Shown in pieces: positions 25,326 to 37,940 of a stretch of DNA of 64,000 nt (positions are counted from its first letter, which is position 1; every line of letters starts with the position of its first letter). The notes under the pieces were generated by a model that worked only from the letters and a program-made list of their open reading frames with translations, was not told the DNA's origin and did not search any database. Source of the DNA: Carcharhinus amblyrhynchos (taxonomy: Eukaryota); the NCBI GenBank assembly GCA_965287045.1, contig OZ336874.1:48174001-48238000 (forward strand), read 5' to 3'. A program made the position numbers and the translations under genes.

Positions 25326-25439
25326 AAATCTATATTCCGGACACAAAAAGTAGGACAAATCCAACCCAGCCCAATCTGTTTATTCTAGTTAATCAATAAA
25401 GTGACAGAAGGGGTCATCTACAGCGCTAATAAGTGATAT

Positions 25440-25862
25440 TTATTCAGCAATAACCTGCTCACTGACATTCAGGTTGGGTTCTACAGGGGCCGTTCAGCTC
25501 CTGACCTCATTACAACCTTGTTTCAAACATGGGGAAAAAAGAGCTGAATTCCAGAGTAACTGCTCTCAATATCAAGGCAGTATTTGACTGAGTGTGGCAT
25601 CAAAAAACCCTGAAAAAACTGGAGTCAGGTGGGAATCAGGGAAAACTCTGCACTGGTTGGAGCTCAAAGGAAGATGGTTGTAGTTGTTGCAGGTCGATCA
25701 TCTCAGTGCTGGGGCATTCTTCAGGGTAGTATCCTAGGTTCAACCATCTTCAACTGCTTCATCAGTGACCCTCCCTCTATCATCAGCTAAGAAATGGGAA
25801 TGCTCGTGGATGATTACAAAATGTTCAGTACCATTTATGACCCCTCGGACACTGAGGCAGTT
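25440..25862 (+). mobile_element. Old LINE RT fragment (same family as 20258-22000)
   Basis: atcaaggcagtatttgactgagtgtggcatca...tcagggtagtatcctagg correspond to decayed IKAAFDRVWHQ and QGSVLG codons. Confidence 0.8.
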
Positions 25863-26149
25863 TGGAATGTTGAATCATACAACATAAACTCTAACTGTAC
25901 AAATCAAGTCAGTAGAATAGAATTTTAAAAATGTAAAGCTAATCGAAGTACTTGTTAATGGTGTTCTTTTAACAATAATGCTGAGACTTTTTTAGAAGCA
26001 CATTTGGACTTGCACTGATTATTTTTAAAAAATATTCCCTGGTATTTCCCATGTTATGCATCATCGTTAACTGAGATGGGGCCGTGCGCGACCTGTGTCC
26101 TGAGTTTCATTAATAACACGCCGAAGCCAACTGTGTGGAGGAGGAGGAT

Positions 26150-26246
26150 GAGGGATGCTGGTGTTTTGGGTGGGTGAAGGAGGAGGGAGTGTGGTGTTTT
26201 GGGTGGGTGATGGGGGAGGGGGTGTGATATTTTGGGTGGGTGAAGG
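26150..26246. repeat. G-rich minisatellite, 3 units with a 33-bp period
   Basis: Core tggtgttttgggtgggtga starts at 26159, 26192 and 26225 (third copy has 2 mismatches). Confidence 0.9.
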
Positions 26247-28038
26247 CGAACAGTACTAAAAACGATCCAGGGCGAGCTCATGACAACCCTTTCCTTCGCT
26301 AGAGGCTCACTCCAACTGTTATCAATGATGTTGGGTCTGCAGCATGCCATTGACTTATCAGTGAAGTTTTTGAACGACTTCCTGTTTTGCACCAAGTTGC
26401 ATTGGTGCATTAAACTTTGTTCAGATCCATTTCCCAACATTGTTCACTTAACGTTTGCAGTACGTGAGGCAAATATAAGCAAAGGGATCCATGAATAGGA
26501 AATGCAGTTGCAGCAATAAACGTGAGTATTTGTGAGTGTGTTCACATGTAACTGCAAGGATCAATAAAATGTTTTTCGTTCTAGCCTGAGAAGGTTAGAT
26601 TGGGCTAGTCAGTTGAGTGTTACGCTTGGGGCCAAAGGTTGGGTTTGCACTCTGACAAGGGTCAGTCGGCCTTTCTTCATTCCAAGGTGTCTCAATTGAG
26701 TATTGTGGCTTAGAATGTGAAGCGAGGATAGGAATCTGCTGGATTTGACTCGCGCTTGTCGTAATGTTCCAATTTCTTCTGGCTATTTGGGAGTCATTGC
26801 AGCATGTTGAATGATGTGTCTTTCTGTCTCTTGTCTCGAGTATATAAGAGGTCACAAGACACTTCATGGTTAAATGCCTTATCTTTTCATATTTTGTTGA
26901 AGTGACTTGTTAAATGCATTGACGTAACAGTAGATGAGGATTATCTGTCAAGGCACTTGCAAGCAGCAGGAGGAACTTTGCAAGTCATCCACTGTCAAAC
27001 ATCTGTGGAAACACTAGTCTCAACCTGGCTTTTGAAGAATTTATTGGAAAAGCATTTCAACTTGTCAAAATGCCTTCGGGTCATTAAGTTGCCAATGCAA
27101 TTAATTACTGAAAATGGATTTTCTTATGTACAACTGTATTAGTCACTGTTAAACTATCATCATCAGTTTCAAAGGGTCTGTACTGTGCTTTCAAAAAAGC
27201 TCATCAATCAGTGATTGGTATGTTCTGTTTTCTTTAGGATTCAAAATTGTAAGTAAAGGATAGCTAGAGAAAACGGCAGAGGATGAAATCCGAAGTTTTC
27301 GTAGAGTTTACTGATTTTCTTCACAGAAAACGTTCTGCTCAGGGTATATTTTTCATGCAGCTCTTCCAGACATTTTTTGATACTTTAATATCCTCTGATT
27401 AAAACCCCAATTTTGTTCTATTAATTTTACCAGCATTTGGTTTGAAAATGCTGCTTTTAGCTTCCTAAAAATCCATGCTTTCTTTTCATATCCTGAGTAG
27501 GTAATTGGTTTTGATTTCAAAGGGCTCCTCTCGTGCTAGTGAATCCTGAGGAGCAGCAGCGGATGTCTTTGTGCATGAATGTGCATTATGTTAAAGGCTT
27601 GTAACTTAGGCCAGGCTCTTCTCAGTTATGGCAATAACTGAGTGACTGAACAGTGCCAGAATAGCATGTGAAACACTCCTGATGGGCTCCCTGAGTTATG
27701 ACGGTTATGGGGGATGGGGAGGTAATTAGCCTTGCTCCCTATAGCTGTTCAGCGATAGCCATTGGAAAGTGCATTTTTGTGGATGCAAATTAGGGGAAGA
27801 TTGGGCTCTGCTGTGCTGCCACTTTGTAGTCGACTGGTTAGCTGATTAGCAATCGCTATCAAAATTTGCATAGAAAGTGCAACCAGTGGGGTGAGAGCAC
27901 AACAGGTTCTTGGCACCTGTACAACTTCACAATGTGAAGCGATATCTTCAGGAGTGAAGGGTTGAGCATTAGGGACAGTCACCAATCTTTAGTTTAAAAC
28001 ACAATAAGATTTTTTTCAACTGGTGGGATTAGTCCTGT

Positions 28039-28255
28039 AAGAAGTCTCTCAGCACCAGGTCAAAGTCTAACAGGTTTATTTGGCAGCACAAGGTTTTGGA
28101 GTCTCACTCCTTCATCAGGTGAGTGAGGACGTGTGTTCACAAACAGGGCATATATAGACTCAATTTACAAGATAATGGTTGGAATGCGAGTCTTTACAGG
28201 TAATCAAGTCTTAAAGGTACAGACAATGTGAGTGGAGAGGGCCAAGTCCAAGAGA
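28039..28255 (-). mobile_element. Penelope-like (family A) single arm with 14-bp TSD
   Basis: Matches the left arm of 8391-9033. Perfect direct repeat gggattagtcctgt at 28025-28038 and 28256-28269. Confidence 0.88.
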
Positions 28256-28572
28256 GGGATTAGTCCTGTCAGTACGGAATGAATGTATGGTGCTGGCCAG
28301 TCAAGATTAATTTGTTCTCTTTTTGTGCTCTCGGGGTTGTTAAAGAGCAGCTTGTTTGCAATTTTTGTTGCCTGTGGCACTTCTCGGATGTCAGACAGGA
28401 AAGTATTTCGTGGCAGCCATGACGAGGTAGCACGAGGGCAGAAGAAGAAGCCTGCCTTTGGCTGCTTGTGGCAGCATTAGCAAAAGTGTCAATGTCTGTT
28501 TGATTTCTGACTTCAAATACTGACATTGAAATAAAGACAGATGGGGAGAGATGTTCACCAGTTTATTGTTCA

Positions 28573-28877
28573 GGGCATGGGGGGTGACACACAGGTTAGC
28601 ATGCTGCCTCACGGTGCCAGGACCTGGGTTTGATTCCTGGCTTGGGTCACTATCTGTGTGGAGTCTGCATGTTTTCCCCATGTATGCTTGGTTTCCTCCA
28701 GGTGCTTTGGTTTCATCCCACAATCTGACAGACGTCCTGCTTGGGTGCATTGACCTTGTTAAATTCTCCCTCAGTGTACCCAAACAGGCGCCGGACAGTG
28801 GCGACTAGGGGATTTTCACAGTAACTTTGTTGCATTGTTAATGTAAGCCTACTTGTGACACCAATAAATAAACTTTA
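28573..28877 (+). mobile_element. V-SINE with alternative 3' tail
   Basis: Same structure as 21601-21908. Confidence 0.88.
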
Positions 28878-29510
28878 TCTATTATTTACTTTAACCTCTT
28901 TGCTGCACGATGTCCTGGTCTAGATTCCTGACTAGGTGAAGAATCCTCCTCCAGTTAGCTAGCTGATTTCCTGTCTGGTGACCATGGATTGACTGTTGCT
29001 TGACTTGTCAAGTTGAGGAGACAGGAGTGGAAGTGAGCAAACCACGTTGTTTCAGTCCTGCCTTCTTTACCCTGCCAAAAACCATTAAATGCAGTAACTC
29101 GTCTTACCAGTTGAATGCATTTTGCACTAAGCTTGCCCATCCAAAGTGGATGATAAAGTTATTCTGGTCTTTTAGTAAATAACTGTCAAACTTCTGGATT
29201 TTTCAATGCAGCAACTCTAAAAGTATATTGAGTGTGTAAAGTTTGTTTCAGGAGGAGACAAATAAACTGGATGGGAGAATGGTTGCTAGTCAGAACGGTT
29301 GTACCAGCTGTGATAGCCAATAACTTCCCTTGCCCAAATAGCAAGACTCTCCTCCTCCCTGGGCAGACCCTTGGAATCGAGGGGTGATTTGCTTTTACTC
29401 TGGTCTGATGGGTTCTGAGGTGGCTGCTAAGTTCAAAGCACACCTATCTGGATGTATCTGTCAGACTCCTGTGCGCAATGACTGAGGTGCGCCTTTGGGA
29501 ATTTGATTTG

Positions 29511-29579
29511 CAGCCACTGTGGCACAGCGGTTAGCACTGCTGCCTCTCAGCGCCAAGGCCCTGGGTTCGAATTCCTGGT
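29511..29579 (+). mobile_element. V-SINE head only
   Basis: tggcacagcggttagcactgctgcctctcagcgccaagg...ggttcgaattcc, ending at the adjacent MITE-like element. Confidence 0.8.
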
Positions 29580-30333
29580 CGGGATTCTTCCAAGAACATC
29601 CTAGTGTCGAATTTGTGTGCAAACTGGAGATCACACTTTTTTTTTCAGTTGGCGTTCAGAGAAGAATCTCCCACACTCTGTGCACTGATAAATGCACAAG
29701 TGTAAATCATGTGAAAAATCAGGGGGTGGGGCCTATTCCCACCCGGGAGGCAGCATAGTGCTGAGCAGGCCTCTGCACATGCGCCATCTGTCAGTGCCGA
29801 GATTGCTGGCCCCTCAAGATCTCTCTTCCCTCCCCCTATTATGACCCTCCTTGGCACTGTCCCATGTCTGGGCAGTGCCAACATGTCCCCTGGGCATTGG
29901 CACTTTGCCCCTTGGGCAGTTCTGGGGGCACTTGGCACTGCCAATGTGCCAAATCCCTTGGGGCACCCCTGGCGCTCAGTCCTGTGGGAGTTGGGTGAGG
30001 GGGGAAGGGCCTTGATTGCCCCCTCTTGACTCGAGAAGTTCTCTGAAAATGGGGAGCTACTGTAAATTCCTTTAGAGTGAACCTCTCTGGCAGCATGGGA
30101 GAGGCTAGCGGGCTCGGAGAATTCAATCCCAGGCCTGCTAATAGTATTTAAATTAGATTTAAATTAAAATGAACATAAATTTCTGGTGCAGAACTGATGC
30201 TGCTGAAAATCTGGTGCTGGGAGACATGCTCGGGGCAGGACACGCAGCTTGGATCCGCGGATTGGGCGCAGCCTAAATTTTTCAGCCTCCTGCGTTAAAA
30301 AATTAATGCAGCGGGATGGGAGAAGTATCCCCT
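29580..30333. mobile_element. GC-rich non-autonomous DNA-transposon-like (MITE-like) element
   Basis: Starts cgggattcttcc and ends gggagaagtatcccc (degenerate inverted termini). The first ~250 nt resemble 61783-62030. Confidence 0.6.
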
Positions 30334-30793
30334 TATTTTTGTTTAATTATTTGTACTATCTGTCTGTCGTATTATAGATGACAATTATTATACAATAGAA
30401 TACGATTTTTTAAATTGCTGATTTTGTATTTTTATTTACTCATTCATAGGTGATGAAATTCACTCCACTGTCAAAGAATGGTTTTCTTTTCACATATCCC
30501 CACTCAGACAAGTTAGGTTTCGTACTCTAAGAAAGTAGCTGTCTCAGCCAGTACCAACTGATAAGAGGGCAGATCCTTCTTTAACTTGCAGTCTTATAAG
30601 CCATTTTTTAAAAAAATGTTTTTTATAAAGCATTTTCAGATGCAGTAATATAGTTTTTGCAAAGAGCTTTGACCAGTGGAAGATTAATCAAACTGCTAAG
30701 AAGGTTTATAAATCAAGTGTCAATCTAAATTTACATTTGAAAGAAATACCAATTCATGATCTTATACCAAATTTGTCAATCTTTAAGGGACTT

Positions 30794-31143
30794 TGGCCAG
30801 GATTTTGCACCCCCCCATTGGCGTGTTTTCCACTCCTGCCGAGGTCTGCAGCGTGATGTATGGCTTCCCTGTCCTGCTGTAGAGATGCCGGCGTTGGACT
30901 GTGGTAAACACAGTAAGAAGTCTCACAATACCAGGTTAGAGTCCAACCAGTTTATTTGATAATAATCCTACAAGCTTTCGGAAGCGGTGTGCCTTCGTCA
31001 GGTGTGTGGAAGGTTCTGATCACTGTGAGATTACTATCAAATAAACTGGTTGGACTCTAACCTGGTGTTGTGAGACGACTTATTGTGTTTTCCCTGTCCT
31101 GCCACAGGGGGTTGCTTTCAGCAGGACCGGAAAATCCCGTCCA
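30794..31143. mobile_element. Short MITE-like element hosting a Penelope-like insertion
   Basis: Termini ggccaggattttgc ... ggaaaatcccgtcc are imperfect inverted repeats. Confidence 0.6.
30878..31089 (-). mobile_element. Minimal palindromic Penelope-like (family A variant) element with 13-bp TSD
   Basis: ~60-bp inverted arms (~30907-30967 and ~31029-31090) flank a minus-strand CTGACGA...GAAA core. TSD ttccctgtcctgc at 30865-30877 and 31090-31102. Confidence 0.88.
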
Positions 31144-32084
31144 TTGTTTCGTGCTTTGGGACAGCAGGGTACAGTCATCAGGATCATTATCGTGCACACC
31201 AAGGTACCTTGGAAGACTGCTTTCTTTGTTCCCCTTTTGCAGATGTTAAGTACAACAATGATTCCAGTCATACGATGTAGCTCGGAAGTTAACCTGCTTA
31301 TGGTATAATCATTGTGTGAAGCTGTGAAAGCTGCAAGGCTGCCAAAGCACTTACGGGCCACATTAATTAAGATATATAACTGCTTGAGAGTAAGTACTTC
31401 AGGAGTGCTTACATTATCCTTCTGTCTGTATCGGGAATTCCCGTGTAGCTCTTTCTTAGTGACTTTTTTGGGGCTGACAAACTTCCCCTTTTGTTGTTGC
31501 AGCAGCTCCACATCTGCGTCAGTGACAGCTTGCCATTGCGCTGCGCCTTCACTACAAAAGATTTGCTTGTTCTGTTCTTCCTACTTCCAATTAACACCTT
31601 TCCTCTAAATGAGAACCACGTTCAGGAGTTGTGGCTATTGCCAGATATTCTGACTACCATTCAGTAAAATGTCAGCAGGAGGCCCAATCCAGGCTGAAAG
31701 TTAGACATGCATGTTAAATTAGAGCTAACCCTGTAAAAATCCAGCAGGGTCATTTGTGTGCTAAAACCTTGGCACAAATATTATGCATAAAAATTGAGAC
31801 CCTCAAAGGTTTTCCGAAGATAGCTGTCACTCTAGCAGAAATTAAACATCATGTCGGATGTTTAGCCAAGGCTAAAGGTAGGGGCAAGATGTTTTCCACA
31901 TTTGGGAACATTGAGTGTACAATGACCAATCTCTTGAGTTGCATTCAGGGTTCAGTTGGCTCACTCCCAGATCCAGCTGTTACCAGTCTACTCCTAATGG
32001 ACCAGTGCAGGTTTGAGCTCCCAAATTATTTAGGCCTGATGTGAGTTATGCCAGCTGTATAAAACAATGTGCCGTTGTGCAAAA

Positions 32085-32365
32085 TAAGCTGATCTGAATT
32101 GAGACGGTGATAGGCTCATTAGAGTGGCCAAAAAAAAATCAGCCAGCTTTCCTGCCCTCAATTGTTACTCAGTGATTCCCACCGGAAGGAGCGCAAGCTG
32201 AATTTCAGGACAATAAACGAATAAAGTAATGCTCCCCAGGGTCACATAGTAAACCAATACGTTTTAGGCTTATGACTGAATAAGGCAGCAGAGGGCCGCC
32301 AGCACTTATGAAACCAGAAACTAATTTGAGTCACTGCATTCTGGAGAGGAAGTGGGAAAATTAAA
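32085..32365 (+). mobile_element. Ancient SINE remnant, tentatively AmnSINE2-like
   Basis: aaaaatcagccag...cagtga...agagggccgccagcac...gagtca...ggagaggaagtgggaaaatt resembles my recollection of that consensus. Related decayed copies at ~2270-2385, 6490-6690 (-), 18800-18975, 27600-27960 and 49370-49640 (-). Confidence 0.5.
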
Positions 32366-33757
32366 TCAAACAATAAATTTTTTTTTGTATTTTCTGAAAT
32401 GCAGTTTAAGCTACATCCATTGGTATACAGAAATGAAATTGGCTTTGATGGCTCATCGGTTTCTGTATCTGTAGAGTCCCTTTAGCTGGCTTTGTAAATA
32501 TTATAAAATCTTCTGCCAGTATGTTTATAAAATAGGGAAAATGCCATTACAATTTTAAAATGTTGTAGTACAACATGGCTATTTAAAAATTGTCTAATTT
32601 CCCTCGGGACTCTCTCTCTCTATTTTACTTGCTTTTATGGTGTAATTTTCTTCCAATTAATACTTGTTTAAGTCTGGCCATAAAAAAAACTTTTTTTTAA
32701 ATAACCATTTTACCTTTCAGTTCCTGGTTGGCCAAACGATTACAAATTATTGCTGTTACTTATTCCGATGGAATTATTGATCCTTGTGTTTTTAATTGTT
32801 GATAACTAATTTCCGCAATATCTCTGCATCTGTGCGTATTGCCTCATGTATCCTTTCAGCTGAATGAACCATAATGAGACTTTATAAATAATTGCACAAA
32901 TGCGTTTTTAAACCGTGGAAAGTGACTTACTTTTCTTCCATAGTTACAAGAGAGGCTGAACGCCACAATTTCTGCTTTTGTTCACAGATGTCATTAACAT
33001 TTTCTATACCATCAGGTAGCTAGCTCTGTGTTGTAGAGTTCAAGAAATACAGTAGATCATGATACTCCCTCCGCCAGTGTGTCAAGTGTGGCAACTGCCT
33101 TTGTATTTTATTGATGGCTTGAGGTGCACTGTGGAGTAGTAGACAGTGCAAAGCAGAATCCAGGGAAGAATTTTCCCTGTAGGTTTCTGAAGCCCACATA
33201 TCAGGCTGAAATGTGGATTAGAAGCCCACAATATGTGGAAAGCATAAACCAGTGTGAATTTTCTAATGGGTGGACAACTGATGACAGTTAATGGGGTAGG
33301 TGGACAGCAGGGGTGATATTCTTAGCTCCTAAAAATTAAACGCCATGTGTTTCTCTAAAAGATGAGACAGGGTTATGCTTAACCTTGGTCAGCTGTTTCT
33401 CACAATCAACTTTGAGAACAGCATTGACAGAGACTATAAAGTGAGATATCATCTTGTCAAGGCTAGGAAGCGTAAAGGGTGAAGATGGAAGAAAATACAA
33501 TCCTGCAAAACCAACAGTTCAAACCTCCCACTTCTTGCAAGTCATAGAATAAACTAGCACTTAATTTGTCGCATTGATTCTAAATCTAGGGATAGAGTGA
33601 ATGGTTCCAAAATTCATGAGGATTATCTCAATCTCCTGCCATAACTTGGGCAAAAGATCAGGCACGCCACAGAAATAGCTGTTTACACTGTTGCTCCAGT
33701 TCTTCACACTTATTTCAGGAAGCTGATATATAAACTCAAAGGTGCTGCTGAAGTGAA

Positions 33758-34013
33758 GGCCTTGGGTGACTCTGTGGAGTTTGCACATTCTCCCCATGTC
33801 TGCCTGGGTTTCCTCTGGATGTTCCGGTTTCCTCCCACAGTCTAAAGATGTGAATTTGGTTGATTAGCCATGTCATATTGCCCCTTAGTATCAGGGGGAT
33901 TAGCAGGATAAATACATAGGGTTACAGGGATAGGGCCTGGGTAGGATTGTTCATGGTGCAGACTTGATGGGCTGAATGACCTTCTGCACTATAGGGATTC
34001 TATGATTCTGTGA
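33758..34013 (+). mobile_element. 5'-truncated V-SINE with CR1-type tail
   Basis: V core gtggagtttgcacattctccccatgtctgc and tail gggattctatgattctgtga. Confidence 0.88.
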
Positions 34014-34702
34014 AGTAAGATTGAATTAGTATCCACATGATGTTTCAGATATCCTACTGTCTCATTGTTTTAATGCAAAATCTTCCTTTGGGAAATCAGA
34101 AGCTAATGCTACTTAAATGAGTAGAAGATTTTTTTTTAAAAAACTAATTTTTATTCCAGTAAAGTTTGAGATACCATGGAACAGAAGATATAATCTACTT
34201 ATCACTCCAACCATTAATAGTAGGGTGCTTTACTCTGAGCAAGTTTGCCTTGTTTCAAGCTCTGGGCTGACGTATTGACACATAGCTGGTCCTTGCTTTT
34301 GAAAGCTTTCATTCAAAAATGCCATCTGAGTGTCAGTGTGATATGATAGCTCCAGCTGTACACTTATGTCTGCACAACTGTTGGGGGGGTTGCAAAATTA
34401 GTGCTTCATAATGGCAATATTACAATTCAGAATTTTCCCTCAAACCTCCAGATGTTGTGTAAGTCAAGTATTGATAAACACTGCAAAAAGGCAGTTTTCC
34501 TGCACAGATCTACATTTATATTTAACTGAAGTTTAGATTCTTACACGAATGAAATTTTATTTTACCGTACTATCAATTATCCTCATCCACAGTTGTTTAT
34601 ATTTAAATACTACGAAAAACCCCAAAGCTCGTGAGTTTGGTTTCTTTTACAATCAATGCTGAACCAAATGTGATGTTTTTTGATTACACCTCTGAAACAT
34701 TA

Positions 34703-34860
34703 GATGGGATTTTCCACGTCTCCCTCCACCGCGTGTTTTGTGGAGGTGGTTGCCAATGGCTAGTGGCGGCATCTTCTGAGCTTTCCGGAAACCCGAGGTG
34801 ACGTTTCGCCATCGATGGGACTGGAGGATCCCACTGGTGAGAGTGGCCAGATTGTGTTTT
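34703..34860. mobile_element. MITE-like fragment
   Basis: Starts gggattttcc like 30794-31143. CpG-rich island in AT-rich surroundings. Confidence 0.5.
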
Positions 34861-36669
34861 TCTGTTAATAGCTTTCATTAATATCATACTTTATTGTTGA
34901 GCTGGCCATCTTGTTTTCCTGTCCACTTTGAAAGGCAATAAATAGATATCATTGAAGAACTTTATTGCCCTGTGCCAATCGTCAAAATTAATTTCCAAGG
35001 TAATGGGCAGACAATGTAAGTATTTAGTTATATGATACTTGCCTTATACAGTATTTAAACAGGTCAAGATCAGCATATCTTCCAACTGACCACATTTAGT
35101 ACCACAGGAAATCCATAATGTTCATGCTGGTGTATTTCTCATGACTTGCGTATGTAGAGTGGATGAGTGCACATGGATTCTTCATCTGGGATGATTAAAC
35201 AACTGTGGGAACGTTTCACATATTATTTAAGTGGTGCAATCTCAAATGATGATTCACTTTTTTTTTGAAGAGGCCTTAAAGTGAGAAATGAAAATGTGCA
35301 GGGGCATGAACTGCAACAGTTCTGATATGGGAAAGGCAGAAATTTGTGCTATAATGTTCCAGTTACCATCCGACCCAAGTGCTCATAACGTTAAAGGAGA
35401 AGTGCCAGAAGTTTTTAGAGAGAGTAAAAAGTGAAGGACCCAGCAGTCATCGAGGATCAAACCATGAGGAAGTGACAAAGAAAGGAGGGGACCGAACTCC
35501 GTGAAAATGGAGAAACGATGGGAAAAGAAGAAATAAAGAGAGCAAGTTTGTTTTAAGAAAGGAAAGAGATAGAGCAGAATTAGCAGATGAGTAAAATTAT
35601 CAATTTTCTCCTCTGTGGTGCTGAGGCATGCTCCTTCATGGTTTGCATGTGCTGCTTGCCTCCCTACTCTCTTGCCCAAGTCACCATCATAACGTATGAA
35701 CTTGCACACAGAGCATTTATACACTAAACATCTGTAAGGCCTTTTCTAAGTTGGAATGAGGAATAAACAAGTCTTGAGAAAAGGCCCCTTGCTGTAGGCT
35801 GATGGGTGTTTTAGTCAGTTTATTTTCACAGATTGCAGCAGGGAATTGTGTGACCAGCTTCCTGTAGATCTTCATCAGAATTTGCTTTCACAAGAAATGT
35901 TTAGATGATGCGAATGATAGAATGTATGACTTGGCAGCTTAACCTTTATACTCCTAGGAAGCGTTTTCCTCTCGTCATTCTCATTTATCTAAAGTGTGTC
36001 ATTGTGGCTTGCTTGTAGGCGTTTAGCAGAATGTTGTGCGTTTAGCCCACAGATATGTGTGTGCAGCACAAAGCTCAACAGGCAGGAGATTGTTCAGCTG
36101 GGTAAACATTGTCCAGTGATGGCTGAATACTAAAGATGTTGTTTAAACACTCTGTACTTTGTGCCGAAATCCTTTTGGGATTCGGTGGTCAGACTTTATG
36201 GAGCTCGAGGTAGAAGGACTGCAGATAGGAGCCTGAAAACTTGATGTCGGTAATTAATGTTAGTGCGTGGTTGCCTTCACTGCAGTTCCCCACTGTGTAA
36301 AGGAATAAATCTAACAAAACCCCTCCCACACGTACCTGCACAGTTTTGTAGCGTTCTCAACTCTGTAATCATGAGTAATTACAGAGTAGGGGAACAGCTG
36401 TTTTAAGTGCTTGTTACAGTTCAAATTTTTTAATGATAAATGAGAGCTAGGCATCTAAGACGTCCTTTATTCCTATTCCTTTATATTTCAGTATCGTACA
36501 CACTGATTTGCTGTGTCAATATATGTGTAAAACTTTATTACTGGGAGTAATTAGTGAAAAATAAAGGATGGAAGGCTGTGCTGTTAGATTTGGATTTCCT
36601 CAGCAAAAGATTTTCTTAGAAAGAAATGGAAAGAGTGGGCTGAACTATTTTGTTCTAGGGTCAAGAGCC

Positions 36670-37285
36670 TGGCAGAGCAATTTCTGTGACCACCCCCCCC
36701 CCCCCCCCCCCACCCCATGGGCAAAACCTTGAGGTGGACGGGGGTTTCGGCTGCCAATTAGAGAGCTGGTGAGAGTTCAGCATCGCCTCTTTCACAGATG
36801 CCCTTTTATGTTTTATGCCAAGCCAGGGACTTGACTAGCCAGCGGTGGGTCACCTGTATTCTGTGCCACCAGGGAGGAAGTGGCTACTATCAATATAATG
36901 GCTACCCACGGCCTCTGATCGAGTTGCAACCCCGGCATAGGTGATTACAGGGGGAGGTCATGGGGGAGGGCAGTTGACAGCAAGGGCAGGGAAGTGGCTT
37001 TGAAGAGGAGCCCCATCCCACCCCCCAAAAGCTGTTTTCCCCCTTTGAATAAGGGATGCACCTCCCCTGGAGCCCGTAAGCAAACTTGCTTAATCTCCCT
37101 GGAAGGTAAACTTGTCATTGGGTTAATACCAGCAGCAGCCCATTTAAGGGACTTGAGTAATGGCAGGGAGGATGGCCATCCACTGGCCTTCCTGTGATGG
37201 ATTCAGTCAGGGTGGAGTAGGACCTCACCATCTTCCTACCTGATATTCTCCTGCCATGGTAGGAGGCACAAGATACCACGTTCCT
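36670..37285. mobile_element. Decayed GC-rich MITE-like element
   Basis: Compositional shift and degenerate termini similar to the other GC-rich elements. Boundaries uncertain. Confidence 0.4.
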
Positions 37286-37781
37286 GTAACACACCCACCC
37301 TCATATCGATTGATTGAAATAGTAATTATTGTCCAGAGGGTGCACTCGTCATTCAATTAGGGACAGCCAGCAAACTCTCAGTGCTGGAGAGCTAATAAGA
37401 GGCCCTGCAGCAATGAATAAGCTACAGGCAAGGGAGAGAGAGGATGCCTTAAAATGAAGGTGCCCTCTGAGCACTTAAAATATCTGACAACTTTAAAATG
37501 TTCTGGCTGCCAGAAAGCCCTAATGCAATTTGTAAGCTGGATGTGGGGGTGGTGCTGAATGGTGGCATGGGGTGGGAGGTTGCAGTTGTGTGTGTGTTGG
37601 GGCGGGGGGGGTGGGGGGGGGGCGGGGGGAGGTGGGAAGAGAAATGTCAGATAAATAAATCTTGAAATAGAACACCTCATCCCCCAATCTACTGCCAGGA
37701 TGACCATTTCCTCTCTCTGCCTATATTTATGCCATAGCTGGGTGGCCTGCCTACTGACTGGAAAGTAGTATGGCCTGACTT

Positions 37782-37940
37782 CAGACGTCGCTGGATTCCG
37801 GGGAAGTGCCGGAAGATTGGAAAACGGCTAATGTTACGCCGTTGTTTAAGAAGGGTGCCAGGCAAAAGGCGGGGAATTATAGGCCGGTTAGTTTAACGTC
37901 TGTGGTAGGTAAAATGTTAGAATCCGTCATTAAGGAGGAA
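37782..37940 (+). mobile_element. Young CR1 (host element), 5' piece
   Basis: Near-identical to the reverse complement of 24031-24189. Encodes PEDWKTANVTPLFKKG...MLESVIKEE. Confidence 0.96.

Noticed and set aside
26150-26246. CRISPR-like repeat-spacer array
   Set aside because: The spacers are ~14 nt, similar to each other and G-rich. There are no cas genes and the context is eukaryotic.
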